Source: an uncultured Planctomycetaceae bacterium (GTDB taxonomy: Bacteria > Planctomycetota > Phycisphaerae > SM23-33). Taken from it: a stretch of 64,000 bases of DNA. The notes under the pieces were generated by a model, which made no database searches, was not told where the DNA came from, and saw only the letters and a program-made list of their open reading frames with translations. Shown here in pieces: positions 45,262 to 53,646 of this stretch. Location of the stretch: NCBI GenBank assembly GCA_964607575.1, contig CAZSLS010000003.1, forward strand, positions 10,887-74,886, in the 5' to 3' direction. Numbering within the stretch: the stretch's first letter is position 1; each line of letters opens with the position of its first letter. A program made the position numbers and the translations under genes.

Positions 45262-46863
45262 ATGTCCACGACGACACCCACACCACCCATCCCACCGCCG
45301 GACGCCCGGGAGCTCCGGCCCGCCGACCGCTCCATGGTTGCGTGCGTATGGCGCGTGGTCTCCGGCGTTTGGCTGGGAGTTGGACTTCTGCTGGCGCTGG
45401 CGGTCGCTTACGGGACCCTGACGCTCGTCGAGCAATTCTGGTCCGGACCGAAATCGATCCTGCCTGCGGTGGGAAGTATCTACGCCCACTGGACCGTCCT
45501 GACGCTGACGTTCGCCGCGTGTGGAAATCTCGTGTTTGCGACGGTCCGAATACCGGTCCGCTGGGATCGCGCCGGAGCGTGGTGCAGCCACCTCGGTCTG
45601 ATGTTCCTGGCTTTGGGATCGATAGTTTTCTGGCAGACGCGCACCGAGGGACAGTGTTTCATCTCGCGGGAGCGGAATGGCGGTTGGCCTACCATGAGGC
45701 ATTTTTTCCAGTCGACCGATGAGGTGGCTTGTCACGTTTACGACACGACAATGATGCAGTCCGCCTCGCCGCTACCGCCTACTGTCCAGACTGTTTTCGA
45801 TTCTCCAACCGGCATGGAACCCGTTGATATCGACGTGGATATCGTCGTCCCCGCCTCGGTGGCGCCTGAAGGCGTTTCGATAAAGGCTACCAGGATCTAT
45901 CCCCGGGCGGAACTCAGGCAACAATGGTTGGACGATGCCCCGAGAATCACTCCAGCGGTCGAAATACAGTTCTCCCATGGCCAGGAGACCGCCCGGACAA
46001 TCATGTGCCAGTCATACGAAGAGACCTACCGCCTCGATCTGCACGAGTGCATTGTGGTATTCCAGGCTTCAGAAGCGATGAGCCAGGAAGAGATCGACCG
46101 GAGAAACGCCGCCATCGCTCCCACGACTCAACCGTCGCGCCAGTTCTTCGTGATTCACTACACCGGTCGCGGGCAACCCGTACTGATCGTCGGTAGTGCT
46201 TCGGGCAAGTTGCACCGCCGCCCGTTTCTTCCAGGCCAGAGCATCTCACCCGCCCAGGCGGAGCATCCAACTCGGATCACACTGATTCGCACGCTCGACC
46301 ACGCCAGGAGAGGCATAAACCTGGAGGTTGCCCCAGAGACCGTGCCCGACCGGCGGCCGGAGGCGGCGATAGAACTCACGATAAGGTCCGGGTCCTGGAA
46401 GGCTGATCGCGTAGTTCCTTACGGCGCGTATCTCACGGGGCGCCCCACGACCATACTCCTACCGTCGGGCCGCAGCATCTACGTCGCCTTTTCGCATCGT
46501 TGGCAGGAACTGCCCGAACCGATAAGGATCACCAGGCACGAGTTCAAGACCGCCCCGGCATCGAGAATGCCTGAAGATTACATCTGCGATCTGGAAATCG
46601 GAAGCGGTATCCATGTGCGACGAGAAACGCTCAAATTGAATCTCCCGGTGAGTGTAGGGCGTTATCGCCTGCACCAGTCGACGTGGCAACCGAAAGAGGG
46701 GACTTCCGACTACACTGATCCGTCGGCGATTATCCTCGGCGTGGCCGATCGCCCGGGAATATGGCTGATCTTTGTCGGTAGTATCGCGGTATGCCTGGGC
46801 TTCCCCTACGCGTTCTACGTCAAGCCGCTGATTCTCAAGAGCAGGGCAGGGGGGGCATCGTGA
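45262..46863 (+). CDS. Cytochrome c biogenesis protein, ResB/CcsB-like
   Basis: The start at MSTTTPTPP avoids the terminator hairpin. N-terminal helices, a large soluble domain and a C-terminal helix (IWLIFVGSIAVCLGFPYAFYV). Immediately followed by, and overlapping, ccsA. Family call rests mainly on context and topology. Confidence 0.55.
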   Translation: MSTTTPTPPIPPPDARELRPADRSMVACVWRVVSGVWLGVGLLLALAVAYGTLTLVEQFWSGPKSILPAVGSIYAHWTVLTLTFAACGNLVFATVRIPVRWDRAGAWCSHLGLMFLALGSIVFWQTRTEGQCFISRERNGGWPTMRHFFQSTDEVACHVYDTTMMQSASPLPPTVQTVFDSPTGMEPVDIDVDIVVPASVAPEGVSIKATRIYPRAELRQQWLDDAPRITPAVEIQFSHGQETARTIMCQSYEETYRLDLHECIVVFQASEAMSQEEIDRRNAAIAPTTQPSRQFFVIHYTGRGQPVLIVGSASGKLHRRPFLPGQSISPAQAEHPTRITLIRTLDHARRGINLEVAPETVPDRRPEAAIELTIRSGSWKADRVVPYGAYLTGRPTTILLPSGRSIYVAFSHRWQELPEPIRITRHEFKTAPASRMPEDYICDLEIGSGIHVRRETLKLNLPVSVGRYRLHQSTWQPKEGTSDYTDPSAIILGVADRPGIWLIFVGSIAVCLGFPYAFYVKPLILKSRAGGAS

Positions 46864-48611
46864 ACTCTTGCAGGTTGATACTTCTGACGATGTGCCTGGT
46901 TGCGATGGGCATTGGCGGTTGTCGCAACGGGCGGGCGGACGCCAAAGAAGATCGCATCTTTGACGATCGGGCCATCGAGTTCTTCTCGAAGCTGGACCGC
47001 AAATCGCTACGAATGCTCGCCGCACAGTTCGGAGGCCGGAAGTCCGGCGCCCTGGATTCCCTGGCGCACGATGAAGTAGCCCGCATAACCGGGACCGAGA
47101 AGCCCGACGGTGTCGAAGCGGCGGTTGCGTACCTGGAGTTCTACTTCAACGCGGGGCAATACCTCAGCAAGCCTGTTATCTTCGTTCGATCGCGGAAACT
47201 CCGGAGAATCGTCGCCGACAACCTGACAGGGTCGCACCTGGAGGTCTTCCAGCGGACCGGTCGCATACCGCCGGTAACTATCATGCTCGGTTCGGGTGAT
47301 ACGGTGATGGCCTTGGCGTCGCAGAACGAGTACGTGCGTGAAATGATGATGGCCCGGCGAATTACCATCGAGGATGTCCAATCGACCAAGCCGATAGGCA
47401 CGCTGGGCGACCGGTGGACGCAGTTGCTTGACAGAAAGAACTTCAGGATTCTCCTCGGGCGTCTGAGCGGGCGATACGAAGCGTTCCTGGGTATCGAACT
47501 GCGTCTGATCCCGGGCTCCGGTCCGGTTTGGCCCAGGGTGGGTGAATCGCTCGTCCCTTCCGGTGGGCATACGCACTCTTCCGGATGCGAGTTGATCGCC
47601 AAACTTCGCGAAGCCTGGAAGAAGCGAGATGCATCAGGCGTCAACGCGGTAATAACCAGCATCTCCCAGACCGGCGCCGCGGCGAGCGATGAGTATCCCA
47701 AGGCGTCCCGATTGCAGTGGGAGTTGTTTTACAATGATGCGCACAAGGGGCATCCGGCTTTTGCGGGCTTCGTCGCGGCGTTTATGCTGTTCATAGTAGC
47801 CATTGCCACCGGGCGCCGCTGGGTCCGCAACTCTGCGATGGCGATCATGACGCTGTCGACGGTTGTTATTGGCGGCGCGTGGATTTTGAGGTGGATCGTC
47901 GGAGGCGAGGCATGGTACCTGCCCCCGATGATGACCCAGTACGGAGCGTTGGTTTCTTCGGCGGTGCTCGCCGCTGTTCTCGCGATAATTATCGAACTGT
48001 TCCGGAAGTACAATTACATTGGGCTGGCCGCGTCCTTTTACGCCGCGGCGGTGCTGGTGTGGGTGTATTTCGGTAATACCCTCTTCCCCGGTACGGTCGA
48101 CAGTTCCGTGGGCGGTGTGCGGGGTATACTCAAGCACGGATTGATGATAGTACACGTTTCGGTGATCGTGGTGGGGCACGCCCTTGCCGGGATGACGATA
48201 GTCACTTCTGTTGCGTACGTGGCGATTGCGTGCTTCAAGGGTCTCGGGGGCAAGTCGCCGAGTTCCCCGCCGGGACTTTTCGGTCCGGTGGGTGATTCGC
48301 CGCTTGCATCGGCCGATCGCTGCAATCTGATACTGGCCCAATCGGCATGCTGGACGCTGATTGTCGGGACGCTGCTGGGCGCCTGGTGGGCCGATGACGC
48401 CTGGTCGAGATGGTGGGGATGGGATCCCAAAGAGACCTGGGCGCTGATAACCTGCCTGTTCTTCCTGGCGGTGCTCCACGTTCGCCTGGTGACGCCGTCG
48501 AAGTATCGTGGTCTGTGGACCTCCGTCGCCTGCATATGCGGTGGAGCGGCGATGCTGATCAACTGGTTCGCGGTGAACTACCTGTTCTCCGGACTGCATT
48601 CGTACGGTTGA
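46860..48611 (+). CDS. ccsA: Cytochrome c biogenesis protein CcsA/ResC with a roughly 290-aa N-terminal lipoprotein-like extension
   Basis: The GTG overlaps the resB-like stop (GTGA at 46860-46863). Lipobox GIGGC. Trp-rich heme-handling motif WWADDAWSRWWGWDPKETWALI. Confidence 0.75.
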   Translation: MNSCRLILLTMCLVAMGIGGCRNGRADAKEDRIFDDRAIEFFSKLDRKSLRMLAAQFGGRKSGALDSLAHDEVARITGTEKPDGVEAAVAYLEFYFNAGQYLSKPVIFVRSRKLRRIVADNLTGSHLEVFQRTGRIPPVTIMLGSGDTVMALASQNEYVREMMMARRITIEDVQSTKPIGTLGDRWTQLLDRKNFRILLGRLSGRYEAFLGIELRLIPGSGPVWPRVGESLVPSGGHTHSSGCELIAKLREAWKKRDASGVNAVITSISQTGAAASDEYPKASRLQWELFYNDAHKGHPAFAGFVAAFMLFIVAIATGRRWVRNSAMAIMTLSTVVIGGAWILRWIVGGEAWYLPPMMTQYGALVSSAVLAAVLAIIIELFRKYNYIGLAASFYAAAVLVWVYFGNTLFPGTVDSSVGGVRGILKHGLMIVHVSVIVVGHALAGMTIVTSVAYVAIACFKGLGGKSPSSPPGLFGPVGDSPLASADRCNLILAQSACWTLIVGTLLGAWWADDAWSRWWGWDPKETWALITCLFFLAVLHVRLVTPSKYRGLWTSVACICGGAAMLINWFAVNYLFSGLHSYG

Positions 48612-48621
48612 TCCCGGCGTT

Positions 48622-49569
48622 TCACGAACAGAGCGACATTACCAGTTCCTGGAGGGCGGATTTGGGATTCTGCCCCGATTTCATGCCCAGGTCCGCGGAG
48701 ATCAGCGATCGCATATCGGCTTGGAGTTTCACCAGACCCCGACGCTTCAGCATCGCCAGAAAAGCGCTCTGCTGGCGGTATGGCATGCGGAGGTTGGGTT
48801 TGCCCCCGGCGGATAGTTCCTGTTGAGCCTGCAGCGCTCGGCGCAGGTGCCAGGCGATAGACCCCAGCGCCTGAAACTCCGCGCCGCGTATTCTCAGTGC
48901 CCCGTCGACCGCTTTCAGTGCGCCTGGAGCATCCCCGGCGGTTATCGCGTTGGTCAACTCAAACGCCGCGGGTCCTGCCGTTGCGGTAACGACCGCCGCG
49001 ACGTCCTCGGCGGTAATCGTCTCGCGCTGTCCGATGTAGAGGCAGAGCTTTTCTATCTCGGCGTTTTGTGCGGCGAGATCTCTACCGATCCACTGTTCCA
49101 GCAGGGCGGCGCTCTGTGGGTCGATTTTCTTTCCGCGTTTGCCTGCGGCCTTCGTTAACCACTGGTTCAGAGAACTGTCGTCGGGCAGCTTGCAGTTCAG
49201 TATGACGCCGACCTTCGCCACCGCCTTCGCCAAACGAGTATTGCCCGGAAAGGACGCGACCATCAGGACCAATGCGGAAGTCTCGCAAGGATTATCGACG
49301 TACTCTTCCAATTTCTGGCGATGCTTGCTTATGAAGGTCTCGGCGTTTCGGATGAGTACTACTCTTGCCGCCGCCAGAAATGGCAGGGTCCGCAGTTCGT
49401 CCATGACATCGGCCAGTTCAAGATCGTTGGCCCCGTCGAAGTTGGCGATGCAGGTTTGCGGATCGGCCTGTCCGACGACGCGCGAGATAACCTCCGCGCG
49501 ATAGTGATCCTGGAGAAACCCGTCACTACCGCAAAGGACGTAGATCGGTTTGAATCCGTCGGTGGCCAT
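48622..49569 (-). CDS. holA: DNA polymerase III subunit delta
   Basis: PIYVLCGSDGFL, LRTLPFLAAARVVLIRNAE, and size and order typical of HolA. Confidence 0.7.
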   Translation of the reverse strand: MATDGFKPIYVLCGSDGFLQDHYRAEVISRVVGQADPQTCIANFDGANDLELADVMDELRTLPFLAAARVVLIRNAETFISKHRQKLEEYVDNPCETSALVLMVASFPGNTRLAKAVAKVGVILNCKLPDDSSLNQWLTKAAGKRGKKIDPQSAALLEQWIGRDLAAQNAEIEKLCLYIGQRETITAEDVAAVVTATAGPAAFELTNAITAGDAPGALKAVDGALRIRGAEFQALGSIAWHLRRALQAQQELSAGGKPNLRMPYRQQSAFLAMLKRRGLVKLQADMRSLISADLGMKSGQNPKSALQELVMSLCS

Positions 49570-49692
49570 GCCCTTAGGATACCGAAGAACTGCCCGGCGA
49601 GCAACCGGTAAGAGCGGTCGCCTCTGCGCGTGCGCATAACCCGCCCGCTCTGGTTACGGTAATGGTATCGCAGAGAATCGGTAGGGATTGAT

Positions 49693-50028
49693 CTATGCCT
49701 TGGGCAAGGTCAATTCCGCCGGTCCGAACCTGGCGGAATTACTACCGGACGTCGCCAACTCGGATTTCTTACCGAGGCTGTGTTCGAGCAGATCAGCGTG
49801 AGAATAGAATATCTGCTTTCCGTTGCGTCTGGCTACTACAAGACCACTGGCTCGCAGGAGGCCCAGATGATGCGAAACGCTGGACTGCGGAAGCTTGAGT
49901 TTCTTGCAGATAGCGGTCACATTCATCTCGCCGTTGCCCAGCAATGCAATAATGCTGAGCCTGGTCTTGTCGCCCAGTGAGTGGAACACTCTGGCCAGGG
50001 CTTCAGGTTTCTTCAGTCGTAAGGTCAT
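49693..50028 (-). CDS. ArsR/SmtB family transcriptional regulator
   Basis: LGDKTRLSIIALL...MNVTAICKKLKLPQSSVSHHLGLLRASGLVVARRNGKQIFY (winged HTH). Confidence 0.85.
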   Translation of the reverse strand: MTLRLKKPEALARVFHSLGDKTRLSIIALLGNGEMNVTAICKKLKLPQSSVSHHLGLLRASGLVVARRNGKQIFYSHADLLEHSLGKKSELATSGSNSARFGPAELTLPKA

Positions 50029-50049
50029 TATCTTACCTTTGGTGAGAAC

Positions 50050-50094
50050 AAAAAAAATACATGCGCCACGATATCAACTATCCGTTCGCATGAA
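50050..50094 (-). terminator. Hairpin plus T8 tract 22 nt upstream of the arsR start: terminator of the small upstream ORF, or an attenuator
   Basis: On the minus strand: TTCATGCG, a 21-nt loop, CGCATGTA (7 of 8 pairs), then TTTTTTTT. Confidence 0.35.
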
Positions 50095-50192
50095 CAAACG
50101 GTACTGCCCGATCCTGTGATTTTCCCGCGTAGGGGAAATCGGCATTTACCCGCAGGTTCGGGCAGACTCGCACGTACCACGCAACAAATGGG

Positions 50193-50315
50193 TTACATTT
50201 GGCTGTCGCGATATTTCTTCCAGAAAATAAGCACAGCTACGAGGACGATAACGGCGGGGATCGCCGTCCAATGTACATAACCACCGAACAGGCCCAGCAT
50301 ATTCAGATTAACCAT
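50193..50315 (-). CDS. Possible 40-aa single-helix membrane peptide (below the ORF-track size cutoff)
   Basis: AGGAGC lies 7 nt before the ATG at 50315. Translation: MVNLNMLGLFGGYVHWTAIPAVIVLVAVLIFWKKYRDSQM. Confidence 0.3.
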   Translation of the reverse strand: MVNLNMLGLFGGYVHWTAIPAVIVLVAVLIFWKKYRDSQM

Positions 50316-50436
50316 ACTTCACGCTCCTAAGCAAGGACAACAAGACTGACCGTGTATACCACGTGCAATTAACACATATCCCGCCCCTTCGGTCAAGAAA
50401 AAAGTGATCCCTTTTCCACGGCGGTCGCTGGTGAGT

Positions 50437-51540
50437 TTAGAGATTCGCGAGCCTCTGTGCCTTGTCGTGGGCGACAAGAGCGTCGAGCATTGCGTCCAGG
50501 TCGCCCGCGACAATTCGGTCGAGGTTGAAGTTGGCTCCTTCCTGTCCCTCGCCCTTCAGGCGGTGGTCGGTGCAGCGATTCTGAGGGAAATTATACGTTC
50601 TGACGCGTTGGCTTCGGTCTCCCGAACCGATCATTGATTTCCTGGCGGCGGCTTCGGAAGCGCGCTGTTTGCTTTGATGGTGTTCGTAGACCCGCGTCGT
50701 CATTATTCGTCTGGCCTTTGCGCGGTTCTTGTGCTGGCTCTTTTCGTCCCTCATCGACACAGTTATTCCGGTTTCGATGTGTTCGAGTTTGATTGCGGAT
50801 TCGAGTTTATTGACGCTCTGTCCACCGGGTCCCCCGGCGCGGCTGACGAATTCGTTTACGTCGCTGGCCCAGTCGATCCGGATGTCGATTTCCTTGGGTT
50901 CGGGCAGGACCGCGACGGTCGCCGCCGAGGTGTGTATCCGTCCCTGCGATTCGGTTTTTGGTACTCTCTGGACGCGGTGTCCGCCTCCTTCGTATCCCAG
51001 GCGGCTCCATACGCCTTGTCCTGTGACGTTTACGATTACTTCGCGGAAGCCACCCATATCGGTTGCGTTCGCCGAGAGTATCTCGAACTTCCACTTTCGA
51101 GTTTCCGCGTAATGGCGGTACATGCCCAGCAGGTCGCCGACGAACAGTGCGGCCTCGTCGCCGCCCGTACCGGCACGGATTTCTATCAGGATCGAGTCTA
51201 TCGCACTGTCCTTATTCATTACGAGCAGGCCCTTGATATTTTCCATGGCGTCATCGGCCTGGTGTCGCATATCGTCGAGTTCGGCCGCTGCAAGTTCTTT
51301 CAGGTCGCTGTCGGCATGGGGGTCATCGACAATGCCTTGAGCTTCGTCGCGATCGGCGCGGAGTTTCTTGTACTTGCGATAGGGCTCGACGATTCTCCCC
51401 AGGCGTGCGTGCTCTTTCGAGAGTTTGATGATCCTGATAGAATCGCAGGCGATATCCGGATCGTTCATCTGCTCGAGCGTCTCGGTGAAGTGGCGATCGA
51501 GTTCGTCGAGTTTATCGATTAGTGTATCCGGATTGGCCAT
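50437..51540 (-). CDS. prfA: Peptide chain release factor 1
   Basis: GGQSVNK motif and VQRVPKTESQGRIHTSAATVAVLPE (PxT-type tripeptide). Start chosen at MANPDTLIDKL. Confidence 0.95.
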   Translation of the reverse strand: MANPDTLIDKLDELDRHFTETLEQMNDPDIACDSIRIIKLSKEHARLGRIVEPYRKYKKLRADRDEAQGIVDDPHADSDLKELAAAELDDMRHQADDAMENIKGLLVMNKDSAIDSILIEIRAGTGGDEAALFVGDLLGMYRHYAETRKWKFEILSANATDMGGFREVIVNVTGQGVWSRLGYEGGGHRVQRVPKTESQGRIHTSAATVAVLPEPKEIDIRIDWASDVNEFVSRAGGPGGQSVNKLESAIKLEHIETGITVSMRDEKSQHKNRAKARRIMTTRVYEHHQSKQRASEAAARKSMIGSGDRSQRVRTYNFPQNRCTDHRLKGEGQEGANFNLDRIVAGDLDAMLDALVAHDKAQRLANL

Positions 51541-51603
51541 GATCGATCCCGGGGTCAGAGTACTTTGTAAGGTAATGCTGGTCGAGTGTTTTAGCTGATT
51601 GCG

Positions 51604-51644
51604 CAAAAACGCCGACGTGCCCGAGAGGGTTCAACGTCGGCGTT
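51604..51644 (-). terminator. Rho-independent terminator after rpmE
   Basis: Perfect 11-bp stem AACGCCGACGT / ACGTCGGCGTT with a 15-nt loop, followed on the minus strand by TTTTTGCGC. Confidence 0.7.
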
Positions 51645-51661
51645 ATAGGGGGTTGAAGAAG

Positions 51662-51877
51662 CTACTTTTTCTTGAAATAGTCGCCGCCGAACTTCTTCTG
51701 GAATTTTTCAACGCGTCCCGCGGTATCGACGAACTTCTGCTTGCCCGTGTAGAAGGGGTGGCAGCTCGAGCATATGTCGGCCTGGACATCACCACCGGCC
51801 GACCAGGTCGTAAAAGTGGCGCCGCACGCGCATCTGACGTTTATTTCTTTGTATTCAGGATGGATATCGGTCTTCAT
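51662..51877 (-). CDS. rpmE: 50S ribosomal protein L31
   Basis: MKTDIHPEY...VRCACGATF...[13 protein letters not shown]; 71 aa. Confidence 0.95.
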   Translation of the reverse strand: MKTDIHPEYKEINVRCACGATFTTWSAGGDVQADICSSCHPFYTGKQKFVDTAGRVEKFQKKFGGDYFKKK

Positions 51878-51917
51878 GGTACTACCTCTGATCGTTCTCT
51901 AGGGTAAAGAACACAGT

Positions 51918-51946
51918 AGTATATCGACAAATTCGAGCCGAATCAA
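51918..51946 (-). promoter_or_regulatory. Candidate promoter for rpmE
   Basis: Minus strand: TTGATT (51946-51941), 17-nt spacer, TATACT (51923-51918). Confidence 0.4.
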
Positions 51947-51995
51947 GCGGAAATTCCAGGCAATTCGCCGATCATCGATCCGGACCGCTCCGATT

Positions 51996-53531
51996 CTAGC
52001 CGCCCCGGGGAGGCTTGGGCTTACCGGTGACTTCGATACGTTTTGGCGTGGTGACCCTGCCGGGCAGGACGAACAGTACTGAACCGTCGCCCGGACGCGT
52101 GATCTGGCGCAATACCATACCGGCGGCATTGACCGATACGGTTTTGCCCCATGGCCCGGTCACGTGGAACACCGCGTTGCGCCTGCCGATTCGCCCGGGA
52201 TGGAATGTGAACCTGCAATGTCCGGCCCGGTTTGCGCTGAGGTAGTAGCAACCGCGGGATTCGTCGAAGCGGTTCGCGTTGGTATCGCCCGGTGCGTGGA
52301 GATCGCCGCGTCCCATCTGGATATCGATTCGCCCCGGTTGGAGGTACTGATCGAATGCCGCTCGCTGGTTGGCGTGGGGCGAAGCGAACATGTAGTTCCA
52401 GCGTGCGACCGGTCCGGTGAAGTTTGCTTCTATTCTTTCGCTGCCTACCGCCCCGTCGTCCCAGGCGACCGGTTCACCGATGAACAGGCCGACCTTCCGA
52501 ATCTCCTTTCCGCCGGCATTATTGAGTTCGACATTGGTTATCCACGTACCGTCGGCGTAAATGGTGTATGCCCATTTGATCTGCCTGATCGCCAGCGAGG
52601 CCCACTCCCCGGCGCGGGTCGGAAAATACCACGTGTTCACCATGCGGAGTCGCAGCTTGTTATGCTCGACGATCTCGACGCGTCCGACCTTGCGGTTGCC
52701 CATTACCGCGAGGTCTTCGGTCCCGCCGGCCAGGGGCTTGTCGTCTGCGCTGAGGCGCACGATACCCTGGCGGTGCATGAGTCGCCAGAGACCGTCGGTG
52801 CTCTGGTTCAGGGCGATCGGCTTTTTGCGGCCGGGTACGGTCAGTTCGTAATCCAGACCGCGTTTGAGGAGTTTGATTCCCGGCGGAGTTGGCTCGATCG
52901 TTCGGCGATTGTCTATCAGCATGATGTCGTCAAGATTGAAAGTCACGTCGCCAACCGCATCGGCGAAGGTAATGTGAACTTCCCTGACCGACGTGATGCT
53001 GAACCCCTTTACGCGTGCGAGGCGCTGTATATCTATCAGTACGTTGTTCCATCCCGGAGTCACGAGGGTTCGATGACTGGTCCAACTACCGCTGCGGGAG
53101 ACTAAAGTCACCTGCAGGTCGTCGCGAAGCGCCTCGCTGTAGAGCGCCATGGTGAGTAGTGTATAGCCCGTGAAGTCGTGTATTTCGGGGCTGGCGAAGT
53201 TCAGTTTCGCCCCCGGTCCGAGCGTCACTTCCATTGCTCCGATGCCCGTGCGGGTGATATTGACGACGAATTTCCGCCGCCCCCGTTTGTCTGAAGGCGC
53301 GATAGAGAATTGCCCGACCTGCGAGTGTCCTTTCGGACCGTCGGCGGCGTCTTCGAAATCCACCAGCGATACGAACAGCCCCGTAACGGTCTCTCCGTAG
53401 GCGCGGGCCTGCTGAAGGGGAAGGGGATCGGGAGTGTTGTCCGGCGGCGGGGCGGGCTTCTTGACCGGGGTCGACAGTCCACAACCGGCCAGCAGCACGC
53501 AGACTACCGGGATGACACGCAATACTCTCAT
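51996..53531 (-). CDS. Lipoprotein of unknown function
   Basis: Signal peptide plus lipobox VLLAGC, Pro-rich linker, then beta-rich domains. No motif recognised. Confidence 0.55.
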   Translation of the reverse strand: MRVLRVIPVVCVLLAGCGLSTPVKKPAPPPDNTPDPLPLQQARAYGETVTGLFVSLVDFEDAADGPKGHSQVGQFSIAPSDKRGRRKFVVNITRTGIGAMEVTLGPGAKLNFASPEIHDFTGYTLLTMALYSEALRDDLQVTLVSRSGSWTSHRTLVTPGWNNVLIDIQRLARVKGFSITSVREVHITFADAVGDVTFNLDDIMLIDNRRTIEPTPPGIKLLKRGLDYELTVPGRKKPIALNQSTDGLWRLMHRQGIVRLSADDKPLAGGTEDLAVMGNRKVGRVEIVEHNKLRLRMVNTWYFPTRAGEWASLAIRQIKWAYTIYADGTWITNVELNNAGGKEIRKVGLFIGEPVAWDDGAVGSERIEANFTGPVARWNYMFASPHANQRAAFDQYLQPGRIDIQMGRGDLHAPGDTNANRFDESRGCYYLSANRAGHCRFTFHPGRIGRRNAVFHVTGPWGKTVSVNAAGMVLRQITRPGDGSVLFVLPGRVTTPKRIEVTGKPKPPRGG

Positions 53532-53578
53532 GGCGGTGAGATTATACCCTCTGGGCGGGCCTTGTGGTCCAAGAGTAC

Positions 53579-53623
53579 AAAAAAACCGGCCCGGGAGTCA
53601 GGTTTCAACCTGCCCGGGCCGGT
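53579..53623 (-). terminator. Rho-independent terminator after secDF
   Basis: Perfect 11-bp stem ACCGGCCCGGG / CCCGGGCCGGT (the 17-nt loop is itself partly paired), followed on the minus strand by TTTTTTT. Confidence 0.8.
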
Positions 53624-53646
53624 GGTCTGTCGTGACGGTGTGAATA

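Noticed and set aside
49570-49692. Inverted repeat AGAGCGG...CCGCTCT between holA and arsR
   Set aside because: Only a 7-bp stem with a loop of about 30 nt and no U tract. This is insufficient for a terminator or operator call.
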